A DNA stretch of 64,000 bases, from NCBI GenBank assembly GCA_964497315.1, contig CAZCCH010000007.1, positions 4,503 to 68,502 on the forward strand, read 5' to 3'. The translations under genes were made by a program, and so were the position numbers. The notes beneath the pieces are model-generated. The model worked only from the letters and a program-made list of their open reading frames with translations. It did no database searches and was not told the DNA's origin. This document shows, one piece after another, positions 9,121-17,393 of the stretch (the stretch's first letter is position 1; every line of letters begins with the position of its first letter). The stretch comes from an uncultured Planctomycetia bacterium. Lineage in GTDB: Bacteria; Omnitrophota; Gorgyraeia; Taenaricolales; CAZCCH01.

Positions 9121-11184
9121 TTAATATAAGAGGGCGCGGTAGGTAAGGAGAAGGCGGTATTCGTCGGTTTTTGACTCGCCATTCTGATCATCATCTTGGT
9201 CTTGTCTATATAAAACTTCCATACTGATTTTTTGATCTTCCGTAGGAGAGTAACTGCTGTCTAAATTTGCAGTCCATACTGAGCGATCTCTTGTAGAATT
9301 ATCATCTGTAGCTAAGTGATACGATATAAATGGATTAAGAGTAAGCTTCCTATCCCAGCGGTAGGTTCTACTAAAAGGCCATCCAAAGGTAGTAAATAAG
9401 GAATTTCTCTTTGCCTCGGTTTGCGCATCAACAAAATCCTTATCTCGTTCAAAGGCATAACCTAAAGTAAGGTTTGATGTATCCCACAGCCTCATAGAGG
9501 TATTTATGTTGAAATCTTCCTCAATGGCACTTGTAGAATATCTACCATCTTGCTTTTCATCTGAATGATCGTATAAATATGCAAGGTTTAATAAAACCCT
9601 CTCCGAAAGTTCTTTTGCAGCACTCACAGAATATACATCTGAGTAGGTAGCGTATGTTTTTATATTTTCTATCCTTTTTCTGTTTGTATAAGAGGTAGTC
9701 AGGTCAATGCCATAAAGCCTCTTACATAGCTCAAATATAATATCCCTGTCTGAGACATCATCAGAGGTTGATACACTCCCTGGATTAGAACGGGCATTCT
9801 CAAAGTGCGTCCTTATAGAAAATCTCGGCCATCTTGCCTCAGGTGGCGGTATAAGCCGAAGCTCATGTCCGTAGAACATCCTTTCATTTGTCTCCACATC
9901 ACTATCGCTATCAAGATTATTACGCGTCCTTGAGAAAAATAGACTCGTATATATTGAATCAAGGGGATAGTATTCTAAGAAGTTATATATATGTTCTCTG
10001 TCTCCAGTAAGATCTGCATACCAGGTAGTACTGCTTGATATGTCAGCATATGAGCGAAAGTCAGGTTCTATGCGTTCGTATAAATTTACGAGATTAAATT
10101 TAGGCATTCGTATTTGTGATCTGAAATAATGGGCGTAGTCAGAGAGAGTTTCTTCTTTTATAATAATATCTTCATCGGTCCTGTCTTCATCGCTATAGCT
10201 ATAGGCAGTTTCTGTTTTTATCCTCCACATATCAGGTATAACCTCAATTGCCTCATCAAAAGAAATTACATAGTTATTTTTTGGATTATATGCACTGTTT
10301 ATAGTACGTACCCTATTTGAATCTATAAGATGCATCATCGATATTCCCGCAGAGTACCTATCGGAAAATCTACGCTCTCCCCTAAGGCCATAAATACTTC
10401 TTGGATGAATCCACTCTTCAGTATCTGTAAGATATGTTGGTACTGCACCACCGACGAACCTTAAGGCATCTTTATCAGATTTTGTATATAGACTTAAACC
10501 CCTGTAGTAAATTCCCCTCATAACATAACGACTAAAACGAGTAGCCGTGTCCCCCACAATAAAACGCATATCTTGGTTGCTTAAGGCATATGTCCCTCGC
10601 CTCATGCGGCCATCTTCATGATCATTGTCATGATAGCGGATATCTCCAATAAAAGTACTTTGATATCCTGGTACGGTATCATCATCATAGCGGAAGTGTT
10701 CTTCTATAAAATAACCTGAAGGATCAAAGTCTGTATCAGAGCTTGCCTCTGCTTGTTGTCTGCGATAGCCCGTAGAGAAGGTATTGATAAATCTTTCATA
10801 TATTTCATTTCCAGGGATGTAGATATATGGTTTTTCTACGCCTATGTCTATTCTGCTTTGAGCTATTTCAGAACTTATTTTTCCTAGCCTTTCAGGTTTT
10901 TGAGAATTTCTACATTCCTGGGTTTCATAAATTCTTGAGAATATCTTTGATAGATATTCTCTTGCTAAGGGGTTTTGTGGATCCCTGATAAGTACTGTTT
11001 CAATTTGGGTGAGCGCATCATCAAGCTTGCCCATGCTGTAGAAGTGTAGGGCCTTAGCTAGTATGAGCTTTGTCTCTATAGGTTTTGTTTGCCTAGCAAA
11101 ACAGACAGAAGAGGAAAGTATTAATTGGAATACCAAAATGAAAGAAAAAATTCTATAGAGTGTTTTTTTAGTATACGTCATCAT
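9121..11184 (-). CDS. Secreted protein with N-terminal TPR and a large probable outer-membrane beta-barrel (candidate usher-like channel)
   Basis: Signal peptide; TPR-like 'ALHFYSMGKLDDALTQIETVLIRDPQNPLAREYL'; about 550 aa of amphipathic beta strands ending 'YRLLLTYRALLY'. Confidence 0.6.
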   Translation of the reverse strand: MMTYTKKTLYRIFSFILVFQLILSSSVCFARQTKPIETKLILAKALHFYSMGKLDDALTQIETVLIRDPQNPLAREYLSKIFSRIYETQECRNSQKPERLGKISSEIAQSRIDIGVEKPYIYIPGNEIYERFINTFSTGYRRQQAEASSDTDFDPSGYFIEEHFRYDDDTVPGYQSTFIGDIRYHDNDHEDGRMRRGTYALSNQDMRFIVGDTATRFSRYVMRGIYYRGLSLYTKSDKDALRFVGGAVPTYLTDTEEWIHPRSIYGLRGERRFSDRYSAGISMMHLIDSNRVRTINSAYNPKNNYVISFDEAIEVIPDMWRIKTETAYSYSDEDRTDEDIIIKEETLSDYAHYFRSQIRMPKFNLVNLYERIEPDFRSYADISSSTTWYADLTGDREHIYNFLEYYPLDSIYTSLFFSRTRNNLDSDSDVETNERMFYGHELRLIPPPEARWPRFSIRTHFENARSNPGSVSTSDDVSDRDIIFELCKRLYGIDLTTSYTNRKRIENIKTYATYSDVYSVSAAKELSERVLLNLAYLYDHSDEKQDGRYSTSAIEEDFNINTSMRLWDTSNLTLGYAFERDKDFVDAQTEAKRNSLFTTFGWPFSRTYRWDRKLTLNPFISYHLATDDNSTRDRSVWTANLDSSYSPTEDQKISMEVLYRQDQDDDQNGESKTDEYRLLLTYRALLY

Positions 11185-11186
11185 TT

Positions 11187-12194
11187 TTAAGGTGAATATA
11201 TCTCAATAATAAGTTTACACGAGTAATTTCCTTTTACACTTGTAGGGTTTGTTTCTAGTGCTAAATAGGCGCTAAAAGGACTCGCTAAGGTAAAGTCCCC
11301 AGGTGCATTGACATCAGTAGCATATTGACCATCATATATGCTTTCTCCAATTAAGGTCCTCCAGGTGTGCCTATCTGAATTCATTTCACTGAGATCAGGA
11401 ATCCGCTCCCAAGCTATTTTATCATCATAGCGCCTGCCTTCATCTAACATGGGGCCTCTCCAATAGGTGTCATCATCAACAGGGGGTGGACCAGACATAC
11501 CTGAATCCCAACCCATTTCCTGATCATCTGGCGGATAATTTAAGCACCACACCTTTAAGGGAATGGCATATCTTCCATCAGATGAAACAAGACCTGCAGG
11601 GCTTGTTGAGTATATAGATTGCGGTATTGCCTTGTACCTGGAAGAATTATCAGTGTATATACGCATATACCATGGTCTTTGATGGCGAAGGCGGTTGTAT
11701 ATAAAATAATCCCAGGTGATTTCTATTGGCACAGGATGCATATGTCTACCATATGGTAAAACTCCAAAGTCAATTATCGTTGGGAAGACTGAAAGGGTTT
11801 CTGTATTACTTCCCACACGGACCGGCCAGGCACCGTATTCTGTATCTTGTAATCCTCCAATAGAATCTTCATAGACCCTTATAGTAACACTGTATTTTCC
11901 TGATGATACACCTGTGGTATCCCAGGTAGCAGTTAAGGTTCCAGTAGCACCGGCTGCGATATTGACGGCGCTTCCATAGTTTTCTGTGGTAGCTCCTGAT
12001 TTCGTTACAGCAAAAAGTAGATACGGGTCTTTGGCAACGCTTTCTGTGTTCCTGACAGTAGCGGTACAACTAACAGTCTGACCTGTTGTGTAGGCTTGCT
12101 GATAGCTATAGCTTATAATTTCTATTCCAGCAAAGGCCTCGTTTGCTATAGTGATAAATATTATAAAAGCTATAAAGAGAATAGTTTTTTTCAT
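11187..12194 (-). CDS. Secreted protein: N-terminal Ig/CARDB-like domain plus C-terminal domain paralogous to 13053-13709
   Basis: Signal peptide ..AFA; 'CTATVRNT..LTATWDTTGVSSGKYSVTIRV'; shared motif PWYMRIYTDN..AGLVSSDGRYAIPLKV. Confidence 0.7.
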   Translation of the reverse strand: MKKTILFIAFIIFITIANEAFAGIEIISYSYQQAYTTGQTVSCTATVRNTESVAKDPYLLFAVTKSGATTENYGSAVNIAAGATGTLTATWDTTGVSSGKYSVTIRVYEDSIGGLQDTEYGAWPVRVGSNTETLSVFPTIIDFGVLPYGRHMHPVPIEITWDYFIYNRLRHQRPWYMRIYTDNSSRYKAIPQSIYSTSPAGLVSSDGRYAIPLKVWCLNYPPDDQEMGWDSGMSGPPPVDDDTYWRGPMLDEGRRYDDKIAWERIPDLSEMNSDRHTWRTLIGESIYDGQYATDVNAPGDFTLASPFSAYLALETNPTSVKGNYSCKLIIEIYSP

Positions 12195-13030
12195 TCTACA
12201 TTAAATTGAATTGTTTTTTGTAAAAGTTCACCCGTACCAATATCTAGGGTAGCTACAGCAGTGTACTTACCCTTTACTGTGGATGCCCATCTTACCGGGA
12301 TTTTTAATCCCCATTCTGAAAATATAGGTAAACACCTGCCAGTTGAAAGCCTTGCTGCAAGATTATTTTTTTGATCTGTGATCACAATTGTTCCTACAGG
12401 GCGTATATGCGCTGTACCTGTATTTTTTATAGTTACTTCAAAATTCACAACCCCACTTTCAGCATCGTATATAGGTTCAAATTCAGTTATTTCAGCAGAG
12501 TATTCAAGAGAGTCTTTTATTGCTACATAAACAGGTATGCTAAAACGCGGAGTAATCTTCACCCTTACTTGGCCTTTAGTAGCAGGGTCCAAGGCTTCAG
12601 TGAGCCTATTTTCATCAACAACAATTGCTGCTACATATTCACCGAATGAATCACTAGGGATATCAATGGTATATTGTATTTCTTCAGTTGAACCAGGTTG
12701 TATTTTAATAAGGTCTGGAGTTAATTTAATCCATTGCTGACAGGAGTCAATGATGGTTGTCTTTTTTATCTCAGGATAAATAATATTTGGTGACATAACA
12801 AACCTATACATCCCCGTTGCAAGAGAGGCCTCAATAGGTTCACTTGAATGATTAGTAAGTTTTAAACTGCCTTCATGAGTTTGAGTGGCGTTTAATTCTA
12901 ACTCCAGCCGCATGGGTTCTATCTCAATAGCATAAGCATATTGACTTATTCCTACCCACAGCCAAAGAATTACCAACCGGATGCAGAATAAGGATATTAT
13001 CTTTTTAATTCTGAAAAGTTCCCATTTCAT
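12191..13030 (-). CDS. Periplasmic two-Ig-domain chaperone-like protein (PapD/DUF916-like)
   Basis: Signal ..AYA then 'IEIEPMRLELEL..LKLTNHS..WIKLTPDLIKIQPGSTEEIQYTIDIP..GEYVAAIVV'; second domain 'VTIKNTGTAHIRPVGTIVI..GKYTAVATL'. Confidence 0.65.
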   Translation of the reverse strand: MKWELFRIKKIISLFCIRLVILWLWVGISQYAYAIEIEPMRLELELNATQTHEGSLKLTNHSSEPIEASLATGMYRFVMSPNIIYPEIKKTTIIDSCQQWIKLTPDLIKIQPGSTEEIQYTIDIPSDSFGEYVAAIVVDENRLTEALDPATKGQVRVKITPRFSIPVYVAIKDSLEYSAEITEFEPIYDAESGVVNFEVTIKNTGTAHIRPVGTIVITDQKNNLAARLSTGRCLPIFSEWGLKIPVRWASTVKGKYTAVATLDIGTGELLQKTIQFNVE

Positions 13031-13052
13031 AATTTAGTCCTCATAAATAAAA

Positions 13053-13709
13053 CTAGGGTGCTGGCACAATTTCAATATAGAGATTGGCCGTATAGTTTGC
13101 CTTAACACTGCTTGCGTCAAAATTTGCTTTAAATTTTATATCAAAGGGTGTTGCCAGAGCAGTATACCCGAGAATATTATCATCATTGTCAAACAGAATC
13201 CTATTCCCGCCTGAGACCCAATCTGTATTTCTGGGGTCAATTCCCATTATGATGCAATCCGTATATATACTTTGGATTTCTGGTGTAGAAGGCAGGTAGT
13301 TTCTGTAATTGGGTTGGTTTATATCGGGTATAGTGCGCCATTCGCTCTTTGCAAAATTTGGACAATGCACCTTAAGCGGTATGACAAAGCGCCCGTCTGT
13401 TGAAATAAGACCTGCGGGGTTTTGAGATCTAATACTTCCAGCAATACCTGTGTAATTTACATTGTCTGTATAAACTCGCATTATCCATGGGTATTCTCCG
13501 TTATATGCACCTTCGACTGTTATTGTTCCGATAACCTGCTCGCCAGCATAAGGTATTTCATTATTAATTGAACCCTCATAAGAATAGCTGCCAAATGTTT
13601 CTACCTTTGCTGAAGTATAAATGCTGACACGCTTAGCCAGACATATATTAGTACATAATACAACGCTTACTGTAATGATGCATACTACTAAAATGATTTT
13701 TGTTTTCAT
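13053..13709 (-). CDS. Secreted hypothetical protein, candidate fibre/pilin-like subunit
   Basis: Start moved to ATG 13709 (MKTKIILV.., SD-like GGTGGTG), which removes the overlap with the HAD gene; signal peptide; C-terminal 'ANYTANLYIEIVPAP'. Confidence 0.7.
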   Translation of the reverse strand: MKTKIILVVCIITVSVVLCTNICLAKRVSIYTSAKVETFGSYSYEGSINNEIPYAGEQVIGTITVEGAYNGEYPWIMRVYTDNVNYTGIAGSIRSQNPAGLISTDGRFVIPLKVHCPNFAKSEWRTIPDINQPNYRNYLPSTPEIQSIYTDCIIMGIDPRNTDWVSGGNRILFDNDDNILGYTALATPFDIKFKANFDASSVKANYTANLYIEIVPAP

Positions 13710-13726
13710 AATTATCACCACCAAAT

Positions 13727-14404
13727 TTAAATGTGTAGTTGAGTGTAGTCTTCCACATCCAGCGTAACTTGTTGCGCTAGACATTCGCGTATATCAAAGA
13801 AATTGTGAAATGGTATATGCGCTATTTTTTCTTTTCTGCAGTATTGCTCAAGTTCGCCTTTAGCAAACAACAAGTCTGCAAATTTAGCCGGACATCTATC
13901 TGTAGTGCTGTCTCCAATATAAATTATAACATTGCCTTGCGATCTAAATTTTCTAAGGTGCATAGTTTTGCAATTGCCGCACTCTTTACATTCTTCTGCT
14001 GAATATGGGTATTCAATCTCAAGGCCTGTGCTTTTGAAATTTAAAGTATTTGCAAAATAGGGAATATCCTTTATGCCATATTTTTTTAAAACTGTATCTA
14101 TACATAAAGAAAACCCCCCGCTTAGAATATTAAATTGATACCCGTCTCTATTACAAAATTCCAAGAAAGATTTAAAACCTGGGTCTATTTCAATCTCATC
14201 TGTAAGAACTTTGACAATCTCTTCCTTTGAGGGGTTACATAGAGAAAATTCTTTTTTTAACCCGATTCTGTTTCCAAATTCTTCTCGTTTTATACTTTCT
14301 TCAATCCTATGCCAGGAGGGGCCAGCAAATGTATTTAGAATTTTAACAAGTGTATCTTCAACAGTTATAGTACCATCAAAGTCAGATAGAATCATTTTAG
14401 ACAT
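13727..14404 (-). CDS. MtnX-like HAD-IB family phosphatase
   Basis: Motif I DFDGTIT; 'ILSGG'; 'CKECGNCK'; motif IV 'YIGDSTTDRCPA..ADLLFAK'; SD AAGGAG upstream. Confidence 0.85.
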   Translation of the reverse strand: MSKMILSDFDGTITVEDTLVKILNTFAGPSWHRIEESIKREEFGNRIGLKKEFSLCNPSKEEIVKVLTDEIEIDPGFKSFLEFCNRDGYQFNILSGGFSLCIDTVLKKYGIKDIPYFANTLNFKSTGLEIEYPYSAEECKECGNCKTMHLRKFRSQGNVIIYIGDSTTDRCPAKFADLLFAKGELEQYCRKEKIAHIPFHNFFDIRECLAQQVTLDVEDYTQLHI

Positions 14405-14532
14405 CTAAATTGCTCCTTCTTAAAAAAAATTAACCCAGCACTAATTTCTAAAAAGTCTTAGATTGATAAAAGCTAGTGCTGGGTCGGGGCCATCTTTATC
14501 AATATAACCATAGGTGTATGCTTATTTTAAGT
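14405..14532 (-). promoter_or_regulatory. Structured 5' leader: terminator-like hairpin plus competing stem (candidate attenuator/riboswitch)
   Basis: 11-bp inverted repeat 14433-14443/14474-14484, followed on the minus strand by a T-run just before the SD; second inverted repeat about 14462-14471/14494-14503 overlaps it. Confidence 0.5.
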
Positions 14533-14538
14533 GTTAAT

Positions 14539-14567
14539 ATTATATATTGCCCAATGTATAAAGTCAA
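14539..14567 (-). promoter_or_regulatory. Sigma70 promoter of the minus-strand operon
   Basis: Minus strand TTGACT-N17-TATAAT. Confidence 0.75.
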
Positions 14568-14749
14568 GAAAAAACACGCTTATTTTTACATAACTATTTT
14601 GTATTATTGGAGTTATGATAAAGGAGTGTTAGGACCTAGAACATTGGCTCCCCAGGTTTTCCCAGGCATGGCTGCATTCTAGACTTATCCTAAATCATCC
14701 TACCCGGCTTAAGTTTACCCATGCCGCTGTAATAAAATCAAACAAACAC

Positions 14750-14778
14750 TTGACATATTATCATACATGTGGTATACT
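14750..14778 (+). promoter_or_regulatory. Sigma70 promoter of the TA islet
   Basis: TTGACA-N17-TATACT with extended -10 TG; SD AAGGAGGT at about 14793-14800. Confidence 0.8.
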
Positions 14779-14807
14779 TTAAGTAACCTTAAAAGGAGGT
14801 GCTGAAG

Positions 14808-15602
14808 ATGGATGTCTTCTATAAAGAACTATCAAAGAAGATAAAGGTAATTAGAGAGAAATTAGGTCTTTCGCAGGAAGCCCTTGCTAAGCAATTGGGC
14901 ATCAGCAGGGTCGCAATCTCTCAAATAGAAAATGGCGATAGAAAGATAAGCGCTGAGGAGATTGCAAAATTATCCAATATTTTTAACATGCCTACGGATG
15001 TGCTTCTCAGCTTAGATAAGGATATTGAAGTGGTGCTGGAAAAAGGCCTCAGATCGAAGCCAAAGGAAAAAACCGGCATTAGGATAAATGTTCCACAGAA
15101 AAATCTTGAGAAGTTTAAAGAGGTTTTGCTTTATATTTTAGGGAAAGTTGGCTCTAAGCCTAATGTAGGGCAGACCGTTTTATATAAGCTCCTTTATTAC
15201 ATCGATTTTGACTTTTATGAAAGATATGAAGAACAACTTATAGGCGCGACATATATGAAAAATCATCACGGGCCTACTCCAAAAGAATTTATAAAGATAG
15301 TGGAAGAAATGGAAGGCGAGGATTTGATCAGGGTTGACGATGAATATTTTAAATATCCTCAAACTAAATATCTGCCAAAGAGAAAACCGGATCTTACAAA
15401 ATTAAAGGCTCATGAAATAAAGATGATAGACGAGGTGATTGAAAGGTTATCCGACCTTAACGCTACTGAGATTAGGGAGTATTCTCATAACGATGTTCCT
15501 TGGCAAACAACGGAAGAAGGCGAAGTCATAGATTATGAATCAGTATTCTATCGCACCCCGCCCTATTCAGTGAGGGATTACAGTGACAAAGATCTTCAAT
15601 GA
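14808..15602 (+). CDS. XRE-family HTH fused to DUF4065/SocA (Panacea) antitoxin domain
   Basis: HTH 'LSQEALAKQLGISRVAISQIENGDR'; DUF4065-like 'TVLYKLLYYIDF..Y..HGPTP..YSHNDVPW'; ATG 14808 is correctly spaced from the SD. Confidence 0.8.
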   Translation: MDVFYKELSKKIKVIREKLGLSQEALAKQLGISRVAISQIENGDRKISAEEIAKLSNIFNMPTDVLLSLDKDIEVVLEKGLRSKPKEKTGIRINVPQKNLEKFKEVLLYILGKVGSKPNVGQTVLYKLLYYIDFDFYERYEEQLIGATYMKNHHGPTPKEFIKIVEEMEGEDLIRVDDEYFKYPQTKYLPKRKPDLTKLKAHEIKMIDEVIERLSDLNATEIREYSHNDVPWQTTEEGEVIDYESVFYRTPPYSVRDYSDKDLQ

Positions 15603-15975
15603 CATACGTAAACTCGCTGAATTCGAAAAGGATTTTAAGAAACTTGTTAAAAAGTTCAGAACGCTTGACGAAGATCTAAATGCCTTTATCGTTAATCAGC
15701 TAAAGCTTGCCCATAAATTAGACATTGATAATAAAGGCGTTGTCAGAATATCCGATCTCGGCATTGAACACCCAAAGATATATAAAGCCAGAAAATTTGC
15801 TTGCAAGACATTAAAAGGTAGAGGTGCCGTAAGCGGTATCCGTATTATATATGCATATTATGAGCAGGATGATGTTATCGAATTTGTGGAAATTTATTAC
15901 AAGGGAAATAAAGACAATGAAGACAAGGAAAGAATTTTAAAATACTATAAAAAGAGAGGTCAAAATGGCAACTAA
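15583..15975 (+). CDS. RelE/ParE-superfamily toxin-like protein
   Basis: 'EFEKDFKKLVKKFRTLDEDL..KIYKAR..GRGAVSGIRIIYAY..VEIYYKG.K'; overlaps the antitoxin gene. Confidence 0.7.
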   Translation: MTKIFNDIRKLAEFEKDFKKLVKKFRTLDEDLNAFIVNQLKLAHKLDIDNKGVVRISDLGIEHPKIYKARKFACKTLKGRGAVSGIRIIYAYYEQDDVIEFVEIYYKGNKDNEDKERILKYYKKRGQNGN

Positions 15976-16240
15976 AAAAGTAAATTTTAATCAAAAGGGC
16001 ATTGAAAAACTTCCAAATGATAAGCCTGTATTATATAAAATACAAACGCTATCTGGTGGAACAAATTATGCTGGTATTGCACAAAAAGGTGGGGTTCGAG
16101 AAAGGCTTCAAAAACATTTGGATAAAATTCCAGGTGCTAAGGTTAAGATTGAGCAGTTTCATAGCATAAGAGAAGCTGCCAAGAAAGAGAAAACTACAAT
16201 AAAAAGAAGCCAGCCGAAATATAATAAAAAGGGTAAATAA
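15965..16240 (+). CDS. Small standalone GIY-YIG nuclease-like protein
   Basis: UvrC-N-like pattern 'LP..PVLYKI..NYAGIA..RERLQKH..EAAKKEK..IK..PKYN'. Confidence 0.6.
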   Translation: MATKKVNFNQKGIEKLPNDKPVLYKIQTLSGGTNYAGIAQKGGVRERLQKHLDKIPGAKVKIEQFHSIREAAKKEKTTIKRSQPKYNKKGK

Positions 16241-16332
16241 GATTTATTAACGAAAAAGACCAAATTTGGCAAAATAAATCTAATTTGCCTTTAACGTATT
16301 TGCACTTATTAACTAAAATAAAAGGTGAATTT

Positions 16333-17085
16333 ATGAATTGGAATCAAATTGTTGAAAAAACTAAACCATATATTGTAAAAATTAGAACGCCAGCAGGAAG
16401 TGGCACAGGCTTTCTTTGCCTTTATGATGAAGCCAAAAAATGGTGCGGTATAGCAACTGCCTTGCATGTCGTAGAGGATGCAGATGAATGGCGACAACCT
16501 ATCAAGATAATACATCAAGAATCGCCTGAACAATTTTTTTTAAACGATCCAGACAGAGTTATATTTTCAGATTGGAAAACAGATTCAGCAATTATTTTCT
16601 TCCCAAAACCCAAAGGATCTCGATTGCCGGATAGCCTCATTCCTTTACGCCCTCTAGATAATTCATTAGATATTGGGTCCGAAGTGGGATGGATGGGTTT
16701 TCCGTACCTTGAACCGCATACGTTATGTTTCTTTTCCGGCTGTATTAGTGCTCGGAGAGAATATAGGAAAGCTTATCTTATTGATGGCGTTTCAATTAAT
16801 GGTGTAAGCGGTGGTCCCGTGGTACATTCAGTAGAAACAGAAAAAATAGAAATCATAGGGATCATTTCTGCCTATGTAGCAAACAAGGCAACTGGAGCAA
16901 CATTACCAGGATTGTCTATTGCACAAGATGTCACCCATCTTCACAGCGTGGTCCAAACTATAAAATCTATAGAGGAAGCAAGGAGAAAGAAGCAACAATT
17001 GAAAGAAAAAGAAAAGAACGGTAAAACAGCTATTCAACACCCAAAGCCTAACCCCGAGACTCCTGAAAACGCAACAGATCGGTGA
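16333..17085 (+). CDS. Trypsin-like (S1) serine protease, no signal peptide
   Basis: 'GSGTGF', His 'IATALHVV', Asp 'TDSAII', Ser 'GVSGGPV'; ATG 16333 follows AAGGTG. Confidence 0.8.
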   Translation: MNWNQIVEKTKPYIVKIRTPAGSGTGFLCLYDEAKKWCGIATALHVVEDADEWRQPIKIIHQESPEQFFLNDPDRVIFSDWKTDSAIIFFPKPKGSRLPDSLIPLRPLDNSLDIGSEVGWMGFPYLEPHTLCFFSGCISARREYRKAYLIDGVSINGVSGGPVVHSVETEKIEIIGIISAYVANKATGATLPGLSIAQDVTHLHSVVQTIKSIEEARRKKQQLKEKEKNGKTAIQHPKPNPETPENATDR

Positions 17086-17300
17086 ATTTAAGTATCGCGC
17101 CAAAGCCCCTCGCCAAAAATGCCTCCCACAGCAGATAATTTTCAAAAAGACTGCTTTGTTGCGCCAAGTCGGATCGAGGAGGGTTTATTGAATTGCCTCT
17201 ATTGCTATTTCGGTAAGGCCTTTTCATTTTTGCTGATAAGGAAGTTTAGCCCCCATTCTTTAACCTTATATACAAGCATATTCTATAATCTGTCTTTTTC

Positions 17301-17329
17301 TTGACATTATTGCCCACTTATAGTATGTT
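17301..17329 (+). promoter_or_regulatory. Sigma70 promoter of the sugar ABC operon
   Basis: TTGACA-N17-TATGTT. Confidence 0.6.
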
Positions 17330-17393
17330 ATTAGAGCATAAAGAGAACGTTAATTACTTATAAAAACCAATTTTTTTAAAAACTTAGGTATTT

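Noticed and set aside
13710-13784. N-terminal extension of ORF 13053-13784
   Set aside because: Overlaps the HAD gene; ATG 13709 has an SD-like sequence and begins a clean signal peptide.
14645-14656. TGGCTCCCCAGG resembling the reverse complement of a tRNA 3' end (possible att site at the islet edge)
   Set aside because: Only 12 nt; no T-arm (TTCGA) continuation, no second copy near 17100-17300 and no integrase.
17119-17304. 61-aa ORF and possible structured RNA at the right edge of the islet
   Set aside because: No RBS, motif, convincing hairpin or tRNA fold.
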